From contig CM061246.1 of the NCBI GenBank assembly GCA_022605425.2, positions 1,488,001 to 1,552,000 on the forward strand: a stretch of DNA of 64,000 bases. The letters are read 5' to 3'. Made by a program: the position numbers and the translations under genes. Shown here in pieces: positions 25,790 through 39,500 of this stretch (position 1 is its first letter; each line of letters begins with the position of its first letter). Origin of the DNA: Hamiltosporidium tvaerminnensis FI-OER-3-3 (taxonomy: Eukaryota > Fungi > Microsporidia). The notes beneath the pieces were generated by a model, which was given only the letters and a program-made list of their open reading frames with translations, made no database searches and was not told the DNA's origin.

Positions 25790-27990
25790 ATGAAAATATT
25801 TTCTAAAAACGTTTTAATATTGATTTTTATCAAATTTGATTCCATAAAGGCGGTTCTAAGAATATATTTTATAAATGATCAAGTTGGAATGGAACCACCA
25901 AAAAAAAGGGAAAAAATGGATATTAAGGAGAATACCGATCTAGACTTTTTTGAAATCGACCAAAAAGATACAAATTTTCTCACATTTAATAAAATAAGTA
26001 TAAAAACACAAACTGATATTTTAGTGTTATAAAATATAAAATATCGCGATTTTCAAAAATTTTGCAATGTTTTACGTGCTCCTACGATACCTTTTCAAGC
26101 GCTGGAACCACATGAATTTTGCATTTTTCTACTTATTCTAGATCAATTAGAAGTAGTAAAGAACGCCAACTTTTTTAATTTTATAAACAATCTTATATTT
26201 TATTCAATCTATATTCCCGAAATATATGACCAGTATCTGTCTTTTGATTTTCACAAAGACAAAATATTTAATTCTATTTTAAAAATGAATTTTAAAATCC
26301 TTGTAGATGAATTTTTCAAAATATGGTCGTTTGAAAAATGTTTTTACGATTCATTTATTGAAGTAGAAGATTTAAAAAATGATGATCAAGAAGATGTATT
26401 GTGCGACGTAATAGAAAAAATCTACACTTTGAATATCGACGGTAACGAATATTCATCATTTGGCTGGAAAATAAAAAATGATCATGACTTCATACAACAG
26501 CTTCATATAATTTTTAGAATTTGTAAAATCCATAAAGTAAATATATTTGATTATACTATTTTGCATGAACCCATTGCAGACATTCTTTCGAGAATTGCTG
26601 AAAGTATAGAAAAAATTGATTTTTTTTACCACGTTATACCTTCAACAATAATTCGGTTCATAAATGACGATACACTCTTCATGAATTTAAAACTTGTAGT
26701 AATTCACATTCAAGAAAACGATATAGAAAAATATTATTTTGAACCAAATGGGAAATTTAGTGTTGAATATGAAAAGTCCGTAGACAATAACAGTTTTTAC
26801 AGGGGTATTCCCTTATTTAATGATTGTTTCAGTATATTTTCTTTTATTTTGACACTTAAAAATAATTATTATGAAAAAATCAAATTTATTCAATCACTCA
26901 TTGAATGTTTTCGAACAAACATATTATGGAAGCGCTCGAGCCTCGATTTTCTCAGCGATATAACCCTTTTTGGTTTTTATGTTCGAAATAAGATTTTATC
27001 TGATCAAATGGAAGAAATATTTCTTTTAGAAAATTTAAAAATAATTTTCAGTATTTCCTACTTTGGTTTGAATCATATGGGTTATTTTGAATATCCCATT
27101 TCTGTTGCTGAACAGATTCACTATGTTAGTATTCATGATTCACAGATAGATTATTGTTGTCTGCAGACAATTTTAAAATTTAGTTGTTTGAAATCTTTAT
27201 CTATATCAAGAACTTTTATAGCCACTTTACCTAAGACAAGACCGTTTTTTAAAAATACTAAGTTACATTCGGTTAGTTTTGTTGATGTTCGTTATGATGA
27301 TTATAAAAAATTTCTTAATTTACTCAATTATTTTAAAGATGCAGATTATTTCAAATTTAATTCGAGACGCCATCTTTTAGATGTTCCGATCTACAAGCTG
27401 AAGACTACGATTTCGTTATTTTAAAATTGTTTACTCTACCATCTGCTTGTATGCCAAAAAAGTCAGTATACCTAGAATATGTAGACAAAAATCTGATAAA
27501 TGTTTCGTTAGATTTTTATATTTCTTTTGAGCAACTTTTATGTATTTTAACCATTTCTAATTGCTCTAGCCTAAGTAATGTAAAAATACAAGATTATGAA
27601 ATAAAATCAAGTGAAATGAGGTTTTTACACGAATTCACAAATCTTGATAGTTTATTTTTACATACAAGTCAACAAAAAGCATTTCTGTATGAATTGTTTG
27701 GTCATAACTTATATAAAAGCATTAAAAATTTGTACTTTTCCAAAACATGTATTGTAGAACAAGATACAAATCAGTTATCTTTATTTGAAAATTTGGAATC
27801 GCTTACATTTCATTTCTGCACATTTTCCGATAAATCTAAAAAATTACCAATGAGAGAAAAGCTTAAGAAGATTAAAAATATTTCAATTATTCAATTATCG
27901 TATGAATTTAATATGGAATTAATTAAATTTCTGGAAGAAGAATATAAAAATATTTTTGAAGTTTCATATAAAAAAGAATATCTAAAATGA
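25790..27990 (+). pseudogene. Lineage-specific signal-peptide/LRR-like family gene, disrupted
   Basis: CCCC before ATG, hydrophobic N-terminus, in-frame TAA at 26030 with the frame continuing into 26285-27424, frameshift near 27355, C-terminal LxxLxL repeats. Confidence 0.7.
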
Positions 27991-28266
27991 ATTTAATTAT
28001 ACATTTCTTTTACTTTGCTTTAATTCTAATATTTAAATTTTGAATTTTCTATTTATTTTAAAGCTATTCCAACATTGAATTTAAAAATATCGTCAATACT
28101 TTATATCTCAATCACTCGTTATTTTTTTTGAAATTTAAAACCTTTTTATTTTATTTTTTTGCAACTTAAACGTTGCTGGTATGTCTAATTATTTATGAAA
28201 TATGAAATTAAATATATTTCTTTCAACTTTTCTGTTATTTATTTTCATGGTTTTTTAAGTTTTTTT

Positions 28267-28860
28267 TTAAAATGTTTTTTTTGTATATGATATTGTTATA
28301 TATTTTCTAATATAGAAAAGATAAAAGATTAAACTGATTTTATTATTTTTATGCAGATAATATATTTCATTTTTCATTGAATAAACACTTTTTAGAAGTT
28401 TTAAAAAAATATTTCTCTTGTCAATTTTATATTTTATATCTCCATCACATTCAAAAAAAGAACTAATTTCATATATTCGCCATGTTTTTTCTTGCGTTAT
28501 TCGATACTCTTTATTTTTGAAATTTATTTTCAACTGATCTTCACTCTCAAGATTCGAATAGATAGTGTATTGTAACAAAAAGCATCGAATCTAAGTCTAC
28601 CGAATGAAGTTAAATATTCTTTTTATTTTGGTAAGATGTTTTAACCAGTTGTTTAACTATCAAAATATATCTCCAAAAGTATCGTCTTTAATCTTAAATA
28701 ATTAGCTCTGACTTTCATATGTCATGTTTTCATTTACATTGTATAATGTTGAATTTGCAAGTATCGAACTATTTTACCTTTTTTTATCAAAATAAACCTT
28801 AAATATTAAATATAGTTCAATTAATAAAACTAATTATTATTTGCCAACAATAAAATTTGA
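28267..28860 (-). pseudogene. Possible remnant of a related lineage-specific gene
   Basis: 103-aa ORF plus upstream degenerate LIFKVYFD, similar to LRIYFIND of the 25790 gene. Confidence 0.3.
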
Positions 28861-31683
28861 ATTCGAATTTTCTTTAGCAATGTAAATCATTCGAGTTAGG
28901 GATATCAAGAATATAGAAACTTCTCAGTGTTTATTCGAAAATTTACAATAATTTTTGTAATTCAATAAAGTATGAATTTATAAGCTCAAGTCTGAAAAAA
29001 TGAGCGCATGTAAAATAAATTCTAATTCGCAATTAAATCAAGGTGAGAATGTATATCAATATTTAACTCTATCTACTTGCCAATGAGTATGCGAAATTTG
29101 TGTGAAATTAATATTTGAATTTTCGATAGGATATGGAATATAAAACATAGTGGATCTATATACCAATCCCGTATAATCCCGAATCACAACATATTAAAAT
29201 AAACAAATAGAAAACTAAACGACTGTCTCAAAAATTAATAACTAGTGTAGGAATTTAACTATGACAAACGAAAATAAAAGAAAAATGTTTTACAGAGGAA
29301 ATAAAAAAGCTATAATGTTAAAATGAGCTGAATCCTCTTAAAATCTTTCTTTGAAAGAGGAATGAGCTTAGGAAATACTAAAATATTGACCAGGAACAGA
29401 TTATTTTGGCTTTCCATTTAGTCATCCTCAAAACAGAGAGGTAAATGATATTGGAATAAGTTTGTAAGTAATATACCGCAAATAGGAAAGACTGGCTATT
29501 AAAAGCTTAAATATTAGAAAAATTAAATTTCTAGATGCGATAATAAATACATTTCAAAAAGTTACAAAACAGATATTCTGAAAAAAGAGTGGTTATTAAA
29601 ATACTGTTTAATATTTTTTTTTCGATAGAAACGGGGAACTCAACGCAATTATTTTGAAGATTAAAAAATATTTTAGCAGTAATGAAATAGTCTTTTTTTA
29701 TAATTTAAATAAAATACCATCGCCTTTCTATTTTCAAAATCAGCAAAAAAAAGAAGTTTATAAAGGAAAGATACAAAAATTTAATAATATTTTAATGCTT
29801 GCTCTGGCTTCAGTAGTTAAAACATTCCGAACAATCTTAAGTATTAAATTAGATTTAAATAGCAATCCGTGATCCATAATTTACAGTTCTGAGGAAATTA
29901 TGAAATAAAAGCTAAGTTTTGAGCGAACTTTTACCTTTAAATCTACTCAATAAATATGTTTGCTTTGCTAATAAAGATCTGAGTGACGCTAATCAAGCCT
30001 TTTATTGGTTTCTATAAAGTTAGACAAGCGAAAATTCTTTTTAAATCCGATACAAAGATTTTATATATACATAATTCGATGTATCATATATATACTTAAC
30101 AACTATTTGAATTTGTGTGAACACATCATCTAAAAACCAGGGAGTAAATTGTGAGAGCTAGTTTAGCGATCTTATTGGTTCCTTCCATATTATCAATAAA
30201 ATTATAGTTCAAAAATTGCATTGACATCTTATTTAAGGAATATAAAATCATGATGATATGTTTAAAGTCACAATTTTTTAGTCATAAATTCACTTATTGA
30301 GATTCTGAGGTAGGACACATAACAATTAGATTAATACTAAAAGAAACTTCTTCAGAAACACTTAAAATGAAATGAAGTCTAAAAATACAATATTTTACGG
30401 CTATTGGTTAAGCTGTACCGATTCAAGAACCGGGAAATCATTAAAAGGAATATTACGGGAAATCATTAGTGTAAAAAAATAGGCTCTGGAATATCTTATC
30501 GATTAAATTAAAATTTGCCGATTTAAAAATCATAGAAGCATAGCCATAAGTATTTTTCTATGTTTACAATACAATCCCGATTTACTATAAAAATCCTTTT
30601 TTCTTTATATCACGTAATTCTAGAAAATTTTGTTCTTATAAACAACAATAAAACTATCAAAAAAAGTCAAAACGTTTTTTAAAAGATCTTTCTCGGGTTG
30701 CTTTCGAATCAGTAGTTCAAATTATATCCTTTTAAATTATATAACGAAGCTTATATGGATAAAATAATATTTTACAAATTCGTAATGAGATTTTTAAAAG
30801 GTCTTTTATATTCCATATTAATTTAGACTAAATTTTAAATCCTTAAATATCTGACTAATCGAGATAGAAGACATAAAAAACAGGTGAGGGGTAAAAAATT
30901 GAAGTGAAACCGAGACAAAACGTACCATTTCATTCGAATGATTGAAAATATATTTTATTAAGTAAACGAAAAGGTAGGTTTATAGATTACTTTCTAGATA
31001 TATGTCTAAAAGATTTTAATGTATCGACAATGATTGGATAACGATCATTAGTATTTAAATAATTTTATGCTTGTTTATAACGCCACCATAGACTCTTTTA
31101 ATCCAAAACACTTAAATTACTAAATATGCTATCTATACACGATCAAATCATAAAAAATTTAAAGTTATAATTAATTATAATATATTTTTTAATTAAATAA
31201 ATTATAAACCGTGACAAGGTTTTTAAACACGAATTTCTTATCTATGGGTATTCATATAAATCAAGAATCTGAAATCGTATGAGATTTAATATTAATTGAT
31301 AGAAAGTGCTATTAAAAAGCAAGAACTTTTTTATGCTTCGATGTATATTAGGATTAGTATGTTTGAATTACTAATTATTGCCTGTAAATTCGATGTGGCT
31401 TTTTGAAATAAGAAATTTTTAAAAGATTTTCATAAAATTATCTTCCTAAAAATCTCTATTAATCACATTCTAATTATAGGAAAAAAACAAGATAAGTGAT
31501 TATTAATTTCATTATAAATATAGAAAAAACCAAAATACAAAATTATTAAATTTGCTGACAAAAATATTTGTACTTTAAAAATTAGTTTAAATTCGTTACG
31601 AAGGGAAAATATTTTTATACCTAAAACTATAATTGTTAATATTAATTGTATATAATGAAAAGAAATTGGTTTCATTGGAAATC

Positions 31684-31812
31684 CATACATAACTGAAGAA
31701 TAAAGCTTAATTTAATATATAATATTTAAAATGAAATAAAATTTGGTCATTGCAACTTCTATACATAACTGAAGAATAAAGCTTAATTAAATATATAATA
31801 TTTAAAATGAAA
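31684..31812. repeat. Two-copy ~52-bp direct repeat downstream of eIF2A
   Basis: ATACATAACTGAAGAATAAAGCTTAATT...AAAATGAAA at 31685 and 31761. Confidence 0.85.
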
Positions 31813-31883
31813 AATTATAAAATTTAAATTTAGAAATAAATTTAATAACTGAATTCATAAACAGTAGAAAAAGGATAAAGAAA

Positions 31884-33299
31884 TTAGCTTTTTTTATTCA
31901 ATTCGTTTAAGTAAAATGTTTCACTTGAAATTAAATTTAGATTTTCAATGTTTAGTTTTTCACCCGATTCGAGTCTCTTTTTTAATTCTTTGATTGTATT
32001 TAGTTTGTCAATGATGTCTTCTTTACTCATTGAATTATTTATTTTTCCTTTACTTTTTTTGAGAATTTGATGTTTTTTGTCGAGTTTTTGGTGATAATTA
32101 CTATTTCTAAGATTCGGAGGTACATAATGTTTTTCAACTGCTAAATTCATGTTTTTTGGCTTTTCCAGAGCTGTGAAATTTTCCTTTTCTCCAAACCAAA
32201 AACAAGATTCTAATTTTTCAAAATTTTTTTCTACAATTTTTCTTCCGAAATAATCAAAAACACTGATTTTATTGTCAACTCTTAGTTCTTTAGTCGTCGC
32301 AACACAGAAATATCGTCCACATGGTGACCAACATACAGAAGATGCACCTAGTTCTTTTAATTTGGCTTTTATTTCTAAATCCTGTATTCCATAGATTTCG
32401 ATTTCACCTGAAAGATTATTGAATCCACAGAAACATACAAGATTTTCATGTAAATTAAAATACATTTTGTTTCGTACACCTCTTGGGAACTTCTTAATTT
32501 CCTGACAATTATAATCGTAAATAGATACATTACTCGGCTGATCTCCATAACAGATAGCGAATCCATCGTTTAAAAAACAGAAACTATGTATAGGATTCAA
32601 ATTATAAATTTCTTTTAATTTTCTTGTAGTGCCAGAGTAAAAAAATATCTTTGTGTGTCCGAAATATGTATTTGTTACGTAATCAGTTGTAATTAAAAAT
32701 AGAAAATTGTTATCTTTCTTCTTCATTTCTATTTTTTCTAATTTTTCAAATTCAAAGCAAGAAACTACATTTCTTGAATTTATTTGCAATTTAAATACAT
32801 TTTTCTCACTTTTTTTATAAACTATTACGTAGGAATCTTCATGAACACTAAAATCAAAAACATTTCTTTCTTTTGAAATAATATTAAATTCATTGTTCAT
32901 AATTTTATAAACAGTGGCCTCACCATTTTTTAAGATCAATAAGTAATCATCAGAAAACGAAAATTTTTCTACAAACTTTTCTTGAAAAATAATTTTTTCT
33001 TTCGTAAAAACATAGAAGATCCGTTCTAACGAAAGAAAGGCATACAAATTTTCAGAATCCGATATTTTCATTTCCTTGATTTCTTTCATTACAAATTCCG
33101 ATATTTGTTTACCGTTTTTTATTTCATACAAAATTACTTTTTCCTTTGAATATATCAGAATTACTGTATTTGAATATACACATCTTTCTACTTCTAAACC
33201 CGTAATATTTGATAATCTAACCATATCATTCATTTCTTGATTCAACGAAAGAAGCAATCCTTTATCTGAATGTGTTATAATAGAAAATTTTGGATCCAT
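31884..33299 (-). CDS. EIF2A: Translation initiation factor eIF2A
   Basis: Beta-propeller with PIHSF, YGDQP, GFNNLSGEI, WSPCGRYF, LRVDN, YVPPNLR. Confidence 0.9.
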   Translation of the reverse strand: MDPKFSIITHSDKGLLLSLNQEMNDMVRLSNITGLEVERCVYSNTVILIYSKEKVILYEIKNGKQISEFVMKEIKEMKISDSENLYAFLSLERIFYVFTKEKIIFQEKFVEKFSFSDDYLLILKNGEATVYKIMNNEFNIISKERNVFDFSVHEDSYVIVYKKSEKNVFKLQINSRNVVSCFEFEKLEKIEMKKKDNNFLFLITTDYVTNTYFGHTKIFFYSGTTRKLKEIYNLNPIHSFCFLNDGFAICYGDQPSNVSIYDYNCQEIKKFPRGVRNKMYFNLHENLVCFCGFNNLSGEIEIYGIQDLEIKAKLKELGASSVCWSPCGRYFCVATTKELRVDNKISVFDYFGRKIVEKNFEKLESCFWFGEKENFTALEKPKNMNLAVEKHYVPPNLRNSNYHQKLDKKHQILKKSKGKINNSMSKEDIIDKLNTIKELKKRLESGEKLNIENLNLISSETFYLNELNKKS

Positions 33300-33670
33300 T
33301 TTTTAAAAAAGGGTTGGATAAATCCTATATTTTTAATAACTGAATAAAATCACCAAAAATCATTAAAAATATTTTTATCTTCAATTTCGAGATATTTTAA
33401 TGTTCATAATTTATCTTTATTTTCTAATTTTAATGATTTAATTATTTTTTGAAAGGAATTCAGGTCATTTACTATTGAATATTAAATTACTTAATTTGAT
33501 GGATAACTGCATTGTAGTATTTGAATTCACTGTTTAACGATTTATTTTTCTTTAAAATATTTATTTTGAAATTTCGATTACGAAAGATAATTTTATAAGT
33601 AAAATTAATTTTCAGGTTTCATTTTTGAATGGAAAATTATATCGAAACTGATAGAGTGTAAATAATAATA

Positions 33671-33800
33671 TTTTAGAACCATAAAGATTATTTGAACAAT
33701 AAAAAACTTGAGACTCATAAATTAGAAAAAAAGTTGGAAAAATATAAAAATTTTGAACCATAAAGATTATTGAACAATTAAAAACTTGAGGATCATAAAT
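33671..33800. repeat. Two-copy ~50-bp direct repeat downstream of HAS1
   Basis: GAACCATAAAGATTATT..GAACAAT.AAAAACTTGAG..TCATAAA twice. Confidence 0.8.
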
Positions 33801-33919
33801 ATTTTAAAAATATAAAAATTTTAATTTCATCTATATATTCCATTATTTTATAATTTAAACTTTGGTTTTTTACAAAAATCAAGTTATTATTATTTGTAAT
33901 TTTCATTGAAACTACATAT

Positions 33920-35308
33920 TTAAAGTCTCTTTTGTGTTTTTTTGTTAAAATTTGCTGAAAATTGAATTGCAGGCATACTTGATAGTCCAAAAGACTTACA
34001 GAATTCTTCAATATCTATTTTCCGTACATCAAAGTATTCTTTTAGACTCAATGAACTATAACTACTTAAAAAAGATTTAAAAGCCAAAATTGCGTTTTTC
34101 TTAAAAAAATAATTATTTTCAACTATTTTAAGAATTTTTTCTGTTATTTTTTTAATTCTTTCGATACAATATTCATTAAGAATCATATTTTTTGTTTTTA
34201 GAAATTTGATGTATTTTTCTTCGGTTGGGATTAAAAATAAAATTGCATTACCGTTTTTTCCTGCTCTAGCTGTTCGTCCTACACGATGTAAATATTCTTT
34301 TACATCCACAGGAACGTCATATTGAATTACTGTTGATACATTGCTGAAGTCCAAACCACGTGCTGCCACATCTGTACAAAAAAGTATAGAAGTTTTTTCT
34401 TTTTCGAAATTTTTAAACGAATTCGATCTTTTAATTTGATTCATTTTTCCATGCAACGAAATAATTTTAAATCCAATAAAATTAAATAATTGTGAATGAA
34501 AATTTACAGAATTGCAAGTACTAAAAAAAACCATCACTTTTTCATTTTTAAATCTTTTTAAAATCGAATATAAAACAGCCAATCTTTTACTTTCTGTAGC
34601 CAAAATATAAAATTGATTAAGATTATCACATATTAGATCATCATGATTATTCGGATTCGCAAATATTCGCAGTGGTTTATTTTTTAACGAAAGTCTTGAT
34701 ATATCTTCTAATTTTGATGTTTGAGTAGCACTAAACATAAGTGTTTGTCTATTTTCTGGTAATAATTTAAGAATATTTTTCAATTCATCTTCAAATCCAA
34801 CATCTAATATTCTATCTGTTTCATCTAAAACAAGTATTTTCAAATTAGATATTTTAAACTTCTCAGTATTTTTTAAATGATCCATTAATCTACCCGGTGT
34901 CCCTATGACAATATTACATCCTTTTCTTAAATTTTCATCTTCTATTTTTTTATTTATTCCACCAATTACAATTGTAACCGATAAATTGTGATATTTTATC
35001 AGTTTTGAGCATACGTTGAATATTTGAATTGCCAATTCACGCGTGGGTGCAATTATTAGTGCTCCTGTTCCATGTTTATCTTTGAAATCTAACATTTTTA
35101 AATGCTCAACTATTGGTATTAAAAAGGACAGTGTCTTACCACTTCCAGTCTTGGCACTTGCTAAAACATCAACACCGCTTAATATTGGTAAAATAGATTT
35201 CGATTGAATTTCTGTCATTTCATCAAACCCATTTTCATTTAAAAAAGCCAATGTTTCTTTAGAAAGAGGCAGATCTGTAAATTTTTGGTTTGTTTGATTT
35301 TCAGACAT
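33920..35308 (-). CDS. HAS1: ATP-dependent RNA helicase Has1/DDX18
   Basis: AKTGSGKT, PTRELA, TPGRL, DETD, FSAT, FCTDVAARGLD, HRVGRTAR and Has1-type C-terminal domain. Confidence 0.9.
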   Translation of the reverse strand: MSENQTNQKFTDLPLSKETLAFLNENGFDEMTEIQSKSILPILSGVDVLASAKTGSGKTLSFLIPIVEHLKMLDFKDKHGTGALIIAPTRELAIQIFNVCSKLIKYHNLSVTIVIGGINKKIEDENLRKGCNIVIGTPGRLMDHLKNTEKFKISNLKILVLDETDRILDVGFEDELKNILKLLPENRQTLMFSATQTSKLEDISRLSLKNKPLRIFANPNNHDDLICDNLNQFYILATESKRLAVLYSILKRFKNEKVMVFFSTCNSVNFHSQLFNFIGFKIISLHGKMNQIKRSNSFKNFEKEKTSILFCTDVAARGLDFSNVSTVIQYDVPVDVKEYLHRVGRTARAGKNGNAILFLIPTEEKYIKFLKTKNMILNEYCIERIKKITEKILKIVENNYFFKKNAILAFKSFLSSYSSLSLKEYFDVRKIDIEEFCKSFGLSSMPAIQFSANFNKKTQKRL

Positions 35309-36518
35309 AACGGGTAAAAAAAATTGTATTGAAGTACTGTTTTGGAATTTAAAATTTAATTCTCACGTTTTTTATTTTTGCAAAGATTTAAGTTGAATTA
35401 ATCAGCTCATAGTGCAAAATAAGATTCAATCATTCGAAAGACGTTTTCTTAACTTATATTCAAATTAAAAAATCTGAAAGCCATAGTTATTTACTTATTC
35501 CATTCCTCTTATACCTCTTGTTGTCGAAGATAAACAAATGAAAGTTTACCCCTTGTATCTTTTAATATTTTGTAACTCGGGAAAATAAGGGATTAGCATC
35601 TAATTTCGGTGTGGTTTATATCCAACCAAAATGGCAACATTAATTCTACAACAATTTTACGCACTCATTACCAACCAGATAGTTTTTATTGTGGTTATCT
35701 TCTCTCCTCTATATATATAAATAATCGTATAACAACTAGAATACTAAGGAATCTAAGTTTTTAAAACATTAAGGAAAAGAAGTACCTAGAAGTATTTATA
35801 AACTATACAATACATAGTATTGTATATTTTACAAGAATATTTCAACAACAATTATCTAAATTACTAGATTATCAGAGTGATCGAAATACAGACATGTATC
35901 GGAACTTTTTGATAAGTAAAAAACTTTTTCGTTAATAGAGAAACTAATCTATTCATGCAAAAGAACTTTGGTTTGATGGCGGAAATATAATCTCATAACC
36001 CCTATTTTGAAAAATTACTTCGTGAAACGTCTTGCTGGGCTAATTATCAACCTTAAGTAGAATACTACGCAATACAGAAGAACACAGATAGGTTTAATGA
36101 ATGAAGCAGACTATAGAAATATCTTGGGGAAAAATACGCGGACAGTATGAAAATAATAGTTTAAACATTCTATTAATATTTTTTTGATATAAAACAATGC
36201 AAATATAATTCAACAAAGCGATAAAATTTAAATTTTTATTGGACAGTCATTCTCTGAGAATTTACTTTACAGGAGCCTAATTACTGGGAAAGAAGTAGGC
36301 AAAAAGGTATATTTTTTATGGTGGCTTCTTTTAATTATTTAGAATATAAATGCAAATGATCTAAATGGAGCCTAAAGATTTCTTTCGATATGCATCACTA
36401 ATATTTAGACCAGAAATACATGCAGTTATCAAAAAAGTGATAATATCATCAATTATGAAAAAATTACTGCGGAGGTAACATAAATATTTTTAAATTATAT
36501 AGAATATAGTATGATAAA

Positions 36519-39500
36519 AAAAATGCTTAGAAGGAAAAAAGTAAATACAAAAATATAAAAAATGAAAAAAAAGCCTGTAAAACAACTTAGAGAAGAGCGT
36601 AGGTTAAATTTTAATGTGTGATGTAGATGTAGCAGTGTTATTTGATAGACTTCCATCTCAACCGACTTTCTATAACACTAGCAAACAACCACCAAGAAAA
36701 GTTGCCAAACTAGCTCAGTCTATTTGGTTGACACCATACCCTCGTCTTCCAGTACCAATGCCACTGCTGTGTGAACCAGCCAACGGCATGACTAATCTCA
36801 AAACATATGCCATTCTAGAAGGAAATCGACTGATATTATTGCACCCAATCTTGACTCTGTCACAGCTGTAGAGGAGTAATGGTCTAAATATGCTATTCTA
36901 GTAGTGCAAAAGAGGTTTGAGAGAATGCCTAGAAATGGCTGGCCCGCTACTCTGAGGTACTATAATGAGAAATTTGGCTGCACATTAGATATCGATGCGT
37001 TTAAAAAATTCGCACAAAATGAGGCAGAAAGGGAAATAAGGCAAGAAGAGAATGTAGATCGACGTAGAATCGCCACTTGTCTCGCTGATACATGCACCTT
37101 GACCGACACCAAGGAGTACATAAACCTGATAGATAAAGCTTTGAGTAAAATCAAAGAAATCTCGGAGAAGGAAATTGGAAAAGTAGTGGTCCGAACTCAA
37201 AAGCTTCCAAGTGAATTGGTTGACAGTAAAGTTTTGGACCTTATTAATCGAATTATCGGTGAGTATGCTGATTCTTGTGTCCCTATGACGATAACTGCTG
37301 TGGCACGGATAATCCAGGCAGCCCAGGTATGCTATGACGAGGCAACACGTAAAGAAAAGCCTAGATCCGCTTGAAAGGAAACATAGAAAGTAAAATTTCT
37401 AAGCTAGTACTTTTCAAAGATCTTCTCGAGAAGGCTCGTAAGCAGGAAAAGCTCTTCACTTCGGAAACGAAGAGCCTTAAAAAAATCATACGAGAGTTTA
37501 ATTTAAACCTGAGCAGTGTAACTGATCTTTCTGAGGCTTTGGTTAAGATGAATGAGTCTTTGAACGTTTATGAGAAAAAAATTACGATGAGGAAGTTAGA
37601 AGCAATTCCGAAAAGAGAATCGTATTTTTGAGCTTTTCCGAAGGCGATTTTATCGTCGGTTATAGTTGCGTGTGGAATCCGAGTTTGTGGTTAGTCGTGA
37701 TGAAATTACAAGTTTTTGGTCTATAATGTGGAACAAAAATGATGACACAACCTCGTACGATGATTATTTGATTCCATTTGTATCAGATAATCATCCGACT
37801 ACGTTTCCTTCACTTGATGAATTTGTAAATATCATTAATTGGCTTCCCAATTGGAATGCTGCTGGAATTGATGGTATTTACAATTTTTTCATTAAGAAAA
37901 TTACAACTCTTCAAAAATATATTTATGATATTGTGAAAGTTATATGTTTAGAAGGAACACCTCAAGCTGATTGGTTTTACTGCGGGCTTACCTATTTGAT
38001 ACCCAAAGGAAGTCCACAAAGAGGCTCTGACTATAGGCCAATCACTTGTATGTCCAACCTCTACAAGTTAACGACTAAGTGTGTAACGAAAGTCGTTCAA
38101 CTTGAAGTGGAAAGGCGAGGGTTGCTTGCAGAGAACCAATTAGGGGCGGTAAAAGGTGAGCAGGGAGCGAAAGAGCAGGCTCTACTGAATATTGCGTTGA
38201 ATAAAGAGTACGGAAACAATCTTAAGGCAACATGGATTGATGTTAAAAAAGCTTAAGATTCAATAGATCATGCTTATTACACTCAATGCATTGAAAACCT
38301 TAATTTACCTGATTGGATCCTGAAATTTATTAAGGTAATTATATCAAAATGGAAAATTGATATATCAGTAGGGCCTGAAAAAATCATGAGCAAGAAGATT
38401 GATAAAGGGATCCTGCAAGGAGATAGTTTGTCACCATTGTTGTTTGTGTTGTGTATGGAGCCATTAAGCCGAAAGCTTAATGAAAAATACACAAAAGTGA
38501 CAGTACAAACAGATGCAGAATCCCATTCTACTAATCATCTCTTGTTTATTGATGATCTTAAGCTCCTTGCAAAAGACAGCTCCACATTGAGTGCTATGAC
38601 AGGCGAGGCAAAGAAATTTTTAAAGATGATTGGCTTAGAGATTAACAAAGAGAAGTGAGCCACAAATGAGACGTGTTATGAAGATACTGCTACTTTTCTA
38701 GAAGGTGTTAGTGTTTACAAATATTTAGGAATAATAGAAGATAGCAGAGGAATCCCAACACGTAGCTCATTTGAAGAAGTACAGAGCAAACTTATATCAA
38801 GAGTTGAAAGCCTTTGTCACACTAGATTAAATGCAAAAAATTTATTTTCTGCAATCAATCAACATGCGATATCGTTAATCAACTACCACATAGGAGTACT
38901 TCGACTTGAACCGGCTGACTTCTCTAAGTTAGATGATGCAGTGCGTGCGGTGTTGGTGAAGAATAAGATACATCTCTGCCCAGGATGTAAAGAGCGTTTA
39001 TACCTTCCTAGAACAGAACTTGGAAGAGGCCTACATAGTGTTGAGTTTCGAAGCGAACATATGCTTCTGCAACTCTTGGATTGTCTGGAAAAAAGTAAAG
39101 AAATATCAACTAGACGAGCAGCAATCCTCAAGCAGGAGAATAATAAAACCCATCTTGCACTAATAAAAGGCTTCTTAAAAGTAAAGTACGGGTTGGTAGA
39201 AGAACTCAATAAGAAAAGTTATGAAAAGCTCAACTTGCAAAACTATATAACGAAATAGAAAAACGAAAACTCCATTCAAAGTTATATAGTGCAAGGAAAA
39301 ATGAGCTTGTAAGTGTTAGTGACTCTTTAAGATGGCTAAATAAGGGAACATTCGGCCGCGTGATGAAGTAGTGTTCTGCTATATCCAAGATATAAATATA
39401 TTATGGGGAGCAGATGGTATGTGCCAACACTGTAATAAATCTGGTAAGACTGCAGATCATCTAGAACTAGATGTGAAAAAATGCTAGGGAATGCTACATC

